Positions 1 through 8,666 of a stretch of DNA of 64,000 nucleotides are shown in pieces. Made by a program: the position numbers and the translations under genes. This stretch comes from Syntrophaceae bacterium UBA4054 (GTDB lineage: Bacteria; Desulfobacterota; Syntrophia; Syntrophales; UBA4778). Under the pieces are notes generated by a model. It was not told the origin of the DNA, did not search any database, and saw only the letters and a list, made by a program, of their open reading frames with translations. The stretch lies in contig DFZO01000050.1 of assembly GCA_002383495.1 (NCBI GenBank), positions 19,397-83,396 on the forward strand, written 5' to 3'. Every line of letters begins with the position of its first letter. Positions within the stretch are counted from its first letter, which is position 1.

Positions 1-3000
1 CAGCATGTCCGATTCGTCCGTCAATTTAAGTTCGGCCCGTCCTCCTGGAAACAGTTTTGGAAAGACTTCCTTGAAACAGGCGTTGACCGCCTCGAAGGTT
101 TCGGAAAACCGCGTTCTCGAAATCCGGTTGATCCTCGATATGGTTCTCTGCAGGGCGTCCAGCGACGCGTTCAGATCCGCGACCTGGGCCGTGAGAAAAT
201 CGTAACGCCCCTGCAGTTCGTCCTGTTCGCTCAGGGCGAGCAGGTTGACCTCCCCGAAATCTTCAACGGCCTTGCTGTTCTGAGCGACCTTGTTCGTCAA
301 GGCTTCGAGCTGTGTTTCTTCCAGCCTTTCGAATCCCTCGACCAGGCTGTTCAGATCGGCGCCGTGTTTTTCCTGAGCGCTTCTTTTCAGCATTTCCACC
401 TGAAAGGTGAACCCCTGAAGTTCCATCTGGCGCTCGCCGGTTTCCGCCGTCAGGCGGTCGAGCTCCCTTTTGATTTCCTGGCCTTCGGACTCCTTCGCCC
501 TCAGGACATCTTCCTTTTCCCGCTGGACAGCGGTCCGGCGCGAGAGGTCCTCCTCCGTCACCCGGTACTTTTCATAGAGGCCCCTGAGGGTCTCCCGTTC
601 CTCTTCCATGTTCCGGGAGATCTCTGAAATATCGTGGTCGCAGGCTTCAATGTCTCCGCTCCTCACATCGATCTCCATGGCCATGTCCTCCGCGGATGCC
701 TTCAGCCGCTCCAGGGTCTCACGCCCCGCCGCCCGTTTTTCCTCGAGGGAGCCGAGGAGGATTTTTTCTTCTGTGAGCCCGCGCTCCAGCGATTCCACAT
801 CGGCTCTCGACGTTTCCCATTTCTCCTTCAGCGACGCGATCGTCTCGTCATCCCTTCGCAGAAGTTCTTCATTCGAAGCGATGTCCTGCTCAAGAGCAGC
901 CATGCGTTCGGAGGCCTGCGTTTCCTCGGAGGAGAGGTTTTCCCTGTTGAATTTCAGGACGTTCATCCTCTGTTCCACCCAACGGAACTCGTTTTCAAGG
1001 CCCTCCATGTCTTTTTTTCCGTTATGAATTTCGAGCTCCTGTCCGCGAAGCTCCGCCCTGAAACGCTCCAGCTCCTCTTCAGCCACTGCTGTCGCGCGGC
1101 CGAGTTCGTCTCTGCGGTTTTTTTCGATCCCCAGGCTGCAGGAGATATTCTCAATCTCCCTGTCCAGTTCGGTCATCTCTCTCTTGTTGCGCAGGAGGCT
1201 GCTGTCCCCGTTCATGCCGTTCCCGCCCGTCAGGACGCCGTGGGGGCTTATAATGTCGCCGTCGGGTGTGACGAAGGTGCCCCGGAATCCGTTTCTTCGC
1301 CAGAGAGATATGCCTGATTCGAGGTTCGGGATCAGGAGAACGTCGCCCAGGAGATAAGCCGCGATATTCCTGAAATCGTCCTTGATCGTGACCTGATCGA
1401 TCAGCCTCACCGCCCCCGCGAGGTATTCGGGGGACTGGACGCTCAAGGGGCTTCGGACTTCAAGAGGAATGAAGCTGCCTCTTCCGGTCGAATGGGTCTT
1501 CAGATAGTCAATGGCCTGGATGCCGTCTTCCTGACTTCTGACGACAACGTACTGGAGTTTTTCGCCGAGGACGGCCTCGACGGCCACCTCGAATTCCCGG
1601 GGGACTTCAATGTGATCGGCCACGAGGCCGTACACGGAACCAAAGGAAAGAAGCTGATCCTTGCCGGCTTTCATGATCGACCGTGTGGCCTCACTGCACC
1701 AGAGATATCCTTCCTGAAATTCCTTCAGGGAAAAGAGCCGTGAAGATTTTCTTCCGTCTTCCTCTTTAAGGGTTGCGATCTTTTCCTCGCAGAGCTTGGA
1801 GTCCTGTCTCAGAAAATCGATGCGGGAGACAACCTCTTTTTCTTTTTCCAGCAGGGTCTCGAATGCCGCCTCGCCCTCCCTGACCGTCGATGACAGACGG
1901 GTGAGAGAGTCCTGAATCGCCTCAATCCTCTTGCGGTTTTCTTCAATATCCCTGTTTTCCCGTTCCGATCGTCTTCGAAGGTCTTCGATTCCCCTGCCCA
2001 GGGAAGAGGACATGTTTTTCAGCTTCGCATTCTCCGTCAGAAGATCGAAATAAGAGGTCTTCTTCTCTTCAAGCTCCCGGTGAATCGTTTTCTCTCCGTT
2101 CCTCAGGTCATCCGCGGTGCCCTGCTTCCCGACGATGGACTCCCGGACGGCCGAAATTTTTTCTTCCGATTCCCGGAACTGGGCCTCCAGGACGGCCGTC
2201 TCCTGAAAGGTTTTTTCCAGGCGATCCTTCAGGGTTTCCATGTCGGCGAGATCTTTTTCTTTTCGCCGGGCCAGATCCCCGATTTTGCCTCGCGAAAATT
2301 CAAGGCCCTGTTCTTTGATGTTGATGTCGTTCTTGATGGCATAGAGCGTCTCCTGAAGCTGGTGAAGGAGTCCTTCATTCTCCAGGATATCCGAACGAAT
2401 TTCTTCGATCGCGGATTCGATGACCCGCAGCCTTGTCCTCACATCCACGTCACGGACGTTCAGAGCCTCCGCCGCGTTTTGAACGGTTTTCTGTTTTTCG
2501 GCAAGCATCGAGAAATTCTGCAAAGCGAGCGTCAATTCCGCTTCTTTCAATTCTTTTTTCAGGGCTTTGAAGCGTTCTGCGCGCCTGGCCTGCTTTGAAA
2601 TGGCGTTGAGCTGGGATTTGACTTCCCGGATGATGTCGTTCAGGCGAAGGATGTTTTGACGCGCGGCCTCCATTTTGCGGGCGGCCGATTCTTTTCGGCT
2701 CTTGTATTTCCGGATGCCCGCCGCCTCTTCGATGAAGACGCGCCTGTCCTCGGGTTTGGCTTCAATCAGATTGGAGACGCTGTTCTGTTCCACCAGGGAA
2801 TAGGTTCGGGCGCCGACCCCCGTGTCCATGAAAAATTCCCTCACATCGAGGAGCCGGCAGGGGACTTTATTGATGAAATATTCGCTTTCCGCGTCCCGGA
2901 AGATCCTGCGGGTGATCATGATCTCGCTGCAGTCGGCGTAGCCGCCGGGAAAGTCGCGGCCGTCGTTGTTGAGGGTGATGGATACCTCGGCTATATTGAC

Positions 3001-3222
3001 GGCAGACGCGTCATCGCTTCCGTTGAATATGACATCCTCCATCTTTTTGCCGCGGAGGATTCTCGCGCTCTGCTCTCCCATGACCCAGCGGATGGAATCG
3101 AGGATATTGCTTTTTCCGCACCCATTGGGACCCACAATGGAGCTTATCCCGTCGGAGAAATCCAGGGCCGTCCTGTCAGGGAATGACTTAAAACCCAGAA
3201 TCTCCAGTTTCTTCAGCTTCAT
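1..3222 (-). CDS. smc: Chromosome segregation protein SMC (C-terminus runs off the window)
   Basis: Reverse strand from 3222 reads MKLKKLEILGFKSFPDRTALDFSDGISSIVGPNGCGKSNILDSIRWVMGEQSA (SMC Walker A signature), followed by coiled-coil and hinge-like sequence. GAGG RBS upstream. Absent from the ORF track, presumably because no stop lies inside the window. Confidence 0.95.
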   Translation of the reverse strand, partial: MKLKKLEILGFKSFPDRTALDFSDGISSIVGPNGCGKSNILDSIRWVMGEQSARILRGKKMEDVIFNGSDDASAVNIAEVSITLNNDGRDFPGGYADCSEIMITRRIFRDAESEYFINKVPCRLLDVREFFMDTGVGARTYSLVEQNSVSNLIEAKPEDRRVFIEEAAGIRKYKSRKESAARKMEAARQNILRLNDIIREVKSQLNAISKQARRAERFKALKKELKEAELTLALQNFSMLAEKQKTVQNAAEALNVRDVDVRTRLRVIESAIEEIRSDILENEGLLHQLQETLYAIKNDINIKEQGLEFSRGKIGDLARRKEKDLADMETLKDRLEKTFQETAVLEAQFRESEEKISAVRESIVGKQGTADDLRNGEKTIHRELEEKKTSYFDLLTENAKLKNMSSSLGRGIEDLRRRSERENRDIEENRKRIEAIQDSLTRLSSTVREGEAAFETLLEKEKEVVSRIDFLRQDSKLCEEKIATLKEEDGRKSSRLFSLKEFQEGYLWCSEATRSIMKAGKDQLLSFGSVYGLVADHIEVPREFEVAVEAVLGEKLQYVVVRSQEDGIQAIDYLKTHSTGRGSFIPLEVRSPLSVQSPEYLAGAVRLIDQVTIKDDFRNIAAYLLGDVLLIPNLESGISLWRRNGFRGTFVTPDGDIISPHGVLTGGNGMNGDSSLLRNKREMTELDREIENISCSLGIEKNRRDELGRATAVAEEELERFRAELRGQELEIHNGKKDMEGLENEFRWVEQRMNVLKFNRENLSSEETQASERMAALEQDIASNEELLRRDDETIASLKEKWETSRADVESLERGLTEEKILLGSLEEKRAAGRETLERLKASAEDMAMEIDVRSGDIEACDHDISEISRNMEEERETLRGLYEKYRVTEEDLSRRTAVQREKEDVLRAKESEGQEIKRELDRLTAETGERQMELQGFTFQVEMLKRSAQEKHGADLNSLVEGFERLEETQLEALTNKVAQNSKAVEDFGEVNLLALSEQDELQGRYDFLTAQVADLNASLDALQRTISRINRISRTRFSETFEAVNACFKEVFPKLFPGGRAELKLTDESDML

Positions 3223-3353
3223 TCAAAGGACCTCTCTACCCGCAGCGGATTGCGGAATTCTTAGTCATCATCATTGGTTGTGCCTTGAAAAGGTGACTTC
3301 GAACAACCCTGACAAGAATTCTTAGCAGAATAAAAAGGCTTTGTAAAGAAAAA

Positions 3354-3400
3354 ATACAACAAAATGTATTGCCGATAATAGAAACCACAATATGTTGTGT
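3354..3400. promoter_or_regulatory. Tandem NrdR-box-like palindromes
   Basis: CCACAATATGTTGTGT (3385-3400) and weaker ATACAACAAAATGTAT (3354-3369), offset 31 bp, resemble the NrdR consensus acaCwAtATaTwGtgt. Confidence 0.45.
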
Positions 3401-3456
3401 CTCACGAAGAAGAAATGAAATTTATGCCTTCATCGCGCGAAAACGAGTCTAACAAA

Positions 3457-3471
3457 TGAGATGTCATCTCA
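3457..3471. promoter_or_regulatory. Perfect 15-bp palindrome, candidate regulator site
   Basis: TGAGATG-T-CATCTCA, 9 bp upstream of a TTGACA. Confidence 0.4.
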
Positions 3472-3480
3472 GTTTTTTCC

Positions 3481-3509
3481 TTGACATGAAGGGTCGTACG
3501 GTTTATGAA
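3481..3509 (+). promoter_or_regulatory. Candidate sigma70 promoter of CoA-transferase 1
   Basis: TTGACA-N17-TATGAA (imperfect -10). Confidence 0.4.
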
Positions 3510-3716
3510 ATCGTAATCCTTTTTTCGTCGAAAACAGACAAAAAAACGGCCATTCGTCGGAGTTGAGCTAAATTTAATACAGAAAGGGGGGATCCCGCCG
3601 CCGGTTTATCACATTTCTTAACTTGTCCTTTTTGGACGGGGCCTTTGTTCAACACAAAGTGGATTGAAGTTTTCATGAAATCAATATCTTAATTAAAAGG
3701 GAGGGAACATTTCACT

Positions 3717-5264
3717 ATGGCGCAGAAACCTATTGCAAACAAAGGAAAAGTTACGATGACCACGCCCCTGCAGCAGAAGCTCAGGGATAAGATGATCACG
3801 GCCAAGAAATGGGCGGAAATGGTCAAACCGGGCGACTGGATCAACCGCGGCGGCCCCGGATCGGACGCGGTTGTGACGATGGAGGCCCTGGCTGCCAGAC
3901 TTGGCGGCGGCCCCGGGGATCTGAACAATATCGAGATCTGGAACCAGGCGATGATGTGCGGCAACGGCTTTTGCGCCGCAGCCGATATGGACGCAAAGTA
4001 CCACGTTGTCCACGAAGCCTTCCTTCTCGCGACCCTTCGCGGCCTCGTGACCAAGGGGTACAAGGCTATGGACTGGAAGCATTGGGGATGGTCACTGGGT
4101 ATGGATGCCGAGTACGCCCGTTTCTACAGGAAGGAAAAGACAAAACGCGCAATGGACTGGGGCGTCCAGGCATGCGCGGTACCGGAGGCGGGTTACGTGA
4201 ATGCCAGCTACGGCGTGAACAATTTCTTCATCACCGCCAAATCCTGCAAGAAGTTCGTCTGCGAAATCCGTGACGATTATGCCTGGTGCGAAGCAGGAAG
4301 GAGCATGTACCTTCCCATTGACGAAGTGGACTACTTCATCGAAGTGGATACCAGTCAGGAGAAATATCAGTGGCCCTACATAGCCGAAAAGGATATCAAG
4401 CCGAACGACACCCAGACGGCCATTGCAGACCACTGTCTCTCCCTTATGCGAGACGGCGATTGCATCCAGGTCGGAATCGGCGCGCTCCCCACGGCCGTGG
4501 TCATCGGACTGGCGAAATCCGACCTGAGGCATATCGGCGTCCACAGCGAAATGATCGGTGAGTACGCCTTCACGCTTTACGAAGCGGGCATCATGGACAA
4601 CACCCGGAAGGCCATCGACAAGGGAAGATGCGGCTGGGCCTACATCATGCCCGTCGACACACCCCGATATTACGAGTGGATGCATCGCAATCCTCTTTTC
4701 GCCGGGTATGACATCGGCTACACCAACAACGTCGTTACACTGTCCCAGATTGACAATTTCGTGACCGTCAACAACTTCGCACAGATGGATCTCAGGGGGC
4801 AGGACGCGGCGGGCAATGTCGGCGGCCGTCCCATCTCCTCGACGGGCGGGCAGTTCCAGTTCACCCTCGGCGCCTCCATGGCCAGGGGCGGCAGGGCCAT
4901 CCTTGCGGCGACGGCACGGGATGGAAAAGGCAAGTCCCGCATCGTGCCCATGCTGGAGCCCGGAAGTGTCGTGGCCGTGCCCGACTGGCTCGTGACCTAT
5001 GTGTGCACGGAATACGGCATCGTCAATATTCAGGGCTGCACGGATGCCGAGAAGGCGCGGAAGCTCATCTCCATCGCCCATCCCGATGACAGGGCAATGC
5101 TGGAGAAGGCGGCCGTTGAGCAGCTGAAGATCAAGTCCGATCACTGGATGTTCAAGAGCGCTCCCGATCGCCGCTTCCCGACAGCCGACGAGATGAAGGA
5201 GCATAAATACGGTTATGCGGATCTTGAGGTTCGTCCGAAAGAGATCGCCAAATTCACCGACTGA
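3717..5264 (+). CDS. Acetyl-CoA hydrolase/CoA-transferase family I (butyryl-CoA:acetate CoA-transferase-like), paralogue 1
   Basis: IQVGIGALP, GVHSEM (catalytic Glu), VCTEYGIVN, LISIAHPDDR. The start could be 3756, by alignment with paralogue 2. Confidence 0.88.
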   Translation: MAQKPIANKGKVTMTTPLQQKLRDKMITAKKWAEMVKPGDWINRGGPGSDAVVTMEALAARLGGGPGDLNNIEIWNQAMMCGNGFCAAADMDAKYHVVHEAFLLATLRGLVTKGYKAMDWKHWGWSLGMDAEYARFYRKEKTKRAMDWGVQACAVPEAGYVNASYGVNNFFITAKSCKKFVCEIRDDYAWCEAGRSMYLPIDEVDYFIEVDTSQEKYQWPYIAEKDIKPNDTQTAIADHCLSLMRDGDCIQVGIGALPTAVVIGLAKSDLRHIGVHSEMIGEYAFTLYEAGIMDNTRKAIDKGRCGWAYIMPVDTPRYYEWMHRNPLFAGYDIGYTNNVVTLSQIDNFVTVNNFAQMDLRGQDAAGNVGGRPISSTGGQFQFTLGASMARGGRAILAATARDGKGKSRIVPMLEPGSVVAVPDWLVTYVCTEYGIVNIQGCTDAEKARKLISIAHPDDRAMLEKAAVEQLKIKSDHWMFKSAPDRRFPTADEMKEHKYGYADLEVRPKEIAKFTD

Positions 5265-5287
5265 TCGGTTACGTAAGCACATCAGTG

Positions 5288-5322
5288 AAAAAGGCAAGGT
5301 GTTCGCACCTTGCCTTTTTTTT
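5288..5322 (+). terminator. Intrinsic terminator
   Basis: aaaaaggcaaggtg-TTCG-caccttgcc followed by a T run. Confidence 0.9.
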
Positions 5323-5601
5323 ATCATTTCCCCTCCATAATAGCGATCCCAATCGTCCGGGCGATCGGACGGGTCATCGTAGCGATAATATATTGAAAAC
5401 ATAGACGTATTAGTTCATTTGAAATCTTATTATCCCCTTGACACGGAGCTTCCGGGTTTGATATTCAGGAGCTACAAAAGATAACTTGGCGAATCAACAG
5501 TTCTTTAAAAGAATGAAACAGGATTGAGCGCCGCATTGTTAAGGCGACCCCGCAGACCGGTATCGTTGCATAGGATCAATCTTTCAAGGAGGGATAGTAT
5601 A

Positions 5602-7107
5602 ATGACACCCGTTCAGCAGAAGATTCGCGACAAGAAAAGGACACCTCAGCAAATTCTGGACATGGTCAAATCCGGGGATTGGATTCAACCCGGCTCTGTC
5701 GGAGGCGACTCGACGGTATGCATGAAGGAACTGGCGAAGAGAATCGGCCCGAACCTGAAAGACATAGAGATCTGGAATTATGCCATGTTTTTCCCCCACC
5801 CCGAATTCCATGCCGTAGACCCCAGGCAGGAATTCCACTGCTTCCATGAATATTTCTTTTTCCCCTGGAACCGCAAGGCCAGAGATACCAACAATGTAAC
5901 GAGCTGGGCGCAATGGGGATGGGCCATGGGCATGTGGTTCTGCCATTACCGCTTTGTCAATGCCGTGAAGGAGAAACGAGGCCTCGACTGGTGGTGGAAC
6001 GCGGCAACGCCCTTCAATGCCCATGGCTTTGCCAATTTCTCTTATGGCACGAATAACGCCAGCATCTTCAGCCAGTGCGCCAAGAAGACCGTCATCGAAG
6101 TCCGCAGCGATTATCCCTGGGCCGAAGGCGGGCGCTTCAACACCATTCACATCGACGATGTTGACTATTGGGTTGAGGTGGACTGCGAAAAATACAAGTG
6201 GCCCCAGATCAACGAAAAGGCCATCAAGGTGAAACCCAATGAGGAAGCCATCGCCAAGCACATCATGTCCATCATGCAAGACCGGGATGTCATCCAGCTC
6301 GGCATCGGCTCCCTCCCCTCCGCCTGCGTCGGAGCCATGGCGGACGCCGGCTTCAAGGATCTCGGAATCCACACCGAGATGCTCAATGCCGGTCTCATCA
6401 AACTGATCGAGTCGGGTCAGGTCACGAATAAGTATAAGACCCTTGATAAAGGCAAGAGTGTCTGGACTTTTTCTTTCCCCTTGGACATGGAGTGGTACTA
6501 TAATACAATCCATCAAAATCAGGAACTCGCTGTCTATGACATCAATTACACCAATAACGTGTATAATCTCACCAGGGTCGACAACATGATCGCCATCGAC
6601 AACTGCGTAGCCGTGGACCTCCTGGGCCAGCAGTGCAGCGGTTTCTATGAAAAACGCCCGATATCGAGTACCGGCGGATATTTCAATTTCGTGACCTTCT
6701 GCGCCCAGTCAAGGGGTGGTCGCAGTGTTGCGTCCATGACGACCCGGAGCAGGCTCGGCACCTCCCGCATTGTTCCCTTTCTGCCTGAAGGGTCCTCGGT
6801 GGATGTCCCGGCTCAGTTCTCCAATTATGTCTGCACCGAATACGGCATCGTGAACCTGAGGGGGCTCAACGGCTACGAAAGGGCCGCGGCACTTATATCC
6901 ATCGCCCATCCCGATGACCGCGAGTGGCTGGAGAAAGAGGCTCGCGAGAATGGTCTCCTTGCTCCGAAATTTCCCGTCTCCATGCTGCCCGTGGAAGGAA
7001 AGACCAGGCGGTATCCCTCCTATACGGATAGAAGAAAGTATAAGATCCCTTACCATGGCGAGATCTGGGGATACGATTGGGAGGATGGCTATCAGTCCGG
7101 AAAGTAA
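5602..7107 (+). CDS. Acetyl-CoA hydrolase/CoA-transferase family I, paralogue 2
   Basis: IQLGIGSLP, GIHTEM, VCTEYGIVN, LISIAHPDDR. ATG 5602 follows AAGGAGG; the ORF-track start 5524 is probably too long. Confidence 0.88.
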   Translation: MTPVQQKIRDKKRTPQQILDMVKSGDWIQPGSVGGDSTVCMKELAKRIGPNLKDIEIWNYAMFFPHPEFHAVDPRQEFHCFHEYFFFPWNRKARDTNNVTSWAQWGWAMGMWFCHYRFVNAVKEKRGLDWWWNAATPFNAHGFANFSYGTNNASIFSQCAKKTVIEVRSDYPWAEGGRFNTIHIDDVDYWVEVDCEKYKWPQINEKAIKVKPNEEAIAKHIMSIMQDRDVIQLGIGSLPSACVGAMADAGFKDLGIHTEMLNAGLIKLIESGQVTNKYKTLDKGKSVWTFSFPLDMEWYYNTIHQNQELAVYDINYTNNVYNLTRVDNMIAIDNCVAVDLLGQQCSGFYEKRPISSTGGYFNFVTFCAQSRGGRSVASMTTRSRLGTSRIVPFLPEGSSVDVPAQFSNYVCTEYGIVNLRGLNGYERAAALISIAHPDDREWLEKEARENGLLAPKFPVSMLPVEGKTRRYPSYTDRRKYKIPYHGEIWGYDWEDGYQSGK

Positions 7108-7118
7108 ATTACAAAGAC

Positions 7119-7325
7119 AGGCATCAGGCATCGGGCGAAGGGCATTGGAAAAAAGGGGGAGGTCCTGAATTTATCGAGGGTAGGGGAGCCTTCAGGCTCC
7201 CGAACCCGAGGAGCGTAAACGCCCCCCTATCCAAGAATCTTTCCCTTTTGCCCTCGACCCATTGCCCTCAGCCTTGGGATGAGAATTTTTTCCTTTAGCC
7301 TTTCGCCCTTCGCCTTTTGCCTTTC
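7119..7325. repeat. Intergenic repeat composite: GTAG-type REP doublet flanked by heptamer tracts
   Basis: GTAGGGGAGCC-TTCA-GGCTCCC (7180-7201) faces GGAGCG-TAAA-CGCCCCCCTAT (7210-7230). Heptamers AGGCATC x2/GGGCGAA/GGGCATT lie on the left and GCCTTTC/GCCCTTC/GCCTTTT/GCCTTTC on the right. Confidence 0.55.
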
Positions 7326-7328
7326 ACA

Positions 7329-7357
7329 TTGACAAATACCGGCTCCCTGTTTATATA
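7329..7357 (+). promoter_or_regulatory. sigma70 promoter
   Basis: TTGACA-N17-TATATA directly upstream of the 53-aa ORF. Confidence 0.7.
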
Positions 7358-7400
7358 GTCGCTACGCCGTTCAGAAAAAGGGCCTGCAGGAGCTGTCAGG

Positions 7401-7562
7401 ATGTCTAAAGCAAAGAAGAAAAAACCCTTGCCCGCAACCGCGAATCCCGTGGAAATGCTTCCGGGACCTCAGACTCCCGGAAAGAAAAAATATCAGATAT
7501 GGGCCTTAATTGTCTGGATTATCGGCATCATTTTGATTTTTCTCAAGTGGAGACAATTCTAA
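7401..7562 (+). CDS. Small (53 aa) protein with a C-terminal transmembrane helix
   Basis: MSKAKKKKPLPATANPVEMLPGPQTPGKKKYQIWALIVWIIGIILIFLKWRQF; CAGGAG RBS 8 nt upstream and its own promoter. Below the ORF-track cutoff. Confidence 0.62.
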   Translation: MSKAKKKKPLPATANPVEMLPGPQTPGKKKYQIWALIVWIIGIILIFLKWRQF

Positions 7563-7607
7563 GCATTTCAATTGTTTTTCACATCAGACGAAATCGTCAT
7601 TTTATCC

Positions 7608-7637
7608 TTGACAAACTCTTTCCATATTTGTTACTGT
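7608..7637 (+). promoter_or_regulatory. Candidate sigma70 promoter for the acetate channel gene
   Basis: TTGACA-N18-TACTGT with an extended -10 TG; it implies a leader of roughly 270 nt. Confidence 0.45.
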
Positions 7638-7914
7638 CTATGTATAAATCGCGAACTGCAGCAATGCAGGTTCTTTGACATAAACGATACCATGAGAAGC
7701 GCCGTATTTGCATAAGGGACTCTGGGCATTTTAATCTTTCGAGTCCGAGGGGTTTTACGAAACATGTACGATAGCCTGCGGGGGCAGGCATTCGATGCCA
7801 GAGGAAAGGGGGGATGCAAGGGATTGCTTAACGGAATTTAAGAGGTAGTGGCAGAATCATTCAACCATGAAGTTCATTATTTCCGTTTTACAATAAAAAA
7901 GGAGGAATTTTCTT

Positions 7915-8511
7915 ATGGCGCAAGAGCATAGCTTCGCATCTCCAGGTCCTGCCGGATTGGCAGCACTGGCAGTCGCGTGTTTCGCTTTCGGTGCAGTGTT
8001 TCTTGGCAAGGTAGCTCTCGAAGGTTTACCAATACTGGCTGCTTGGCTGGTGGGTGGTGGAATTGTTCAGTACACCGTGGCTGTCATGGAGTTAAAAGAT
8101 CATAATATCACCGGTGGAAACGTATTTCTCTTCTTTGCCGCCTTCTTCATGTTTGGGGCCGCTCTGAGCGTGTTCGCCAAATTCATGATGATCAAGTTCG
8201 GCATGAAGCCCGCAGCTCATATCGAAGGATGGACGTGGATGGCGGGAGCTGCCTTCCTGACGTTAGTGACCCCCGCATATGCCAAGAGCACTTCGATCCT
8301 GTTCTTCGCCGTTATCTTAATTGATGTCGCCCTGTGGTGTATCGTCGGTCTTGATAGCGGTTGGTATGGCGATCCGGCAGTATTCAAGCCGATTGTGGCT
8401 TGGACCCTGATTATTGCTGGTTGGATCGGCGTTTACCTGGCCGGTGCGATTACCTGCAATACCGTCTATGGCAAGCCGGTCTTCTTTGTGCCCAAGCCCT
8501 TGGTGAAGTAA
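7915..8511 (+). CDS. satP: Acetate uptake/efflux channel, GPR1/FUN34/YaaH (SatP) family
   Basis: N-terminal FASPGPAGL (FANPAPLG-type motif), about 6 hydrophobic helices, 198 aa, AGGAGG RBS. Confidence 0.85.
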   Translation: MAQEHSFASPGPAGLAALAVACFAFGAVFLGKVALEGLPILAAWLVGGGIVQYTVAVMELKDHNITGGNVFLFFAAFFMFGAALSVFAKFMMIKFGMKPAAHIEGWTWMAGAAFLTLVTPAYAKSTSILFFAVILIDVALWCIVGLDSGWYGDPAVFKPIVAWTLIIAGWIGVYLAGAITCNTVYGKPVFFVPKPLVK

Positions 8512-8532
8512 TATTAATTAAATTGTGGTTTG

Positions 8533-8567
8533 AGGGCAGGCTGTTTAAAAACAGCCTGCCCTTTTTT
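8533..8567 (+). terminator. Intrinsic terminator after satP
   Basis: agggcaggctgttt-aa-aaacagcctgccct plus T run. Confidence 0.88.
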
Positions 8568-8587
8568 ATTGAGGCGACTCAGAGAAC

Positions 8588-8626
8588 AAAAAAAAGAAGG
8601 CCGCGAGTTCAGCGCTCGCGGCCTTC
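8588..8626 (-). terminator. Intrinsic terminator after the thiolase gene
   Basis: A-tract then gaaggccgcgag-loop-ctcgcggccttc. Confidence 0.85.
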
Positions 8627-8666
8627 GTGCTTGTTAGAGAGGGAGGTAAGTAAGTAAGGGTACTCT

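Noticed and set aside
5-3325. Plus-strand ORFs of 60-230 aa across the first 3.3 kb
   Set aside because: Antisense shadows of smc, with no recognisable motifs.
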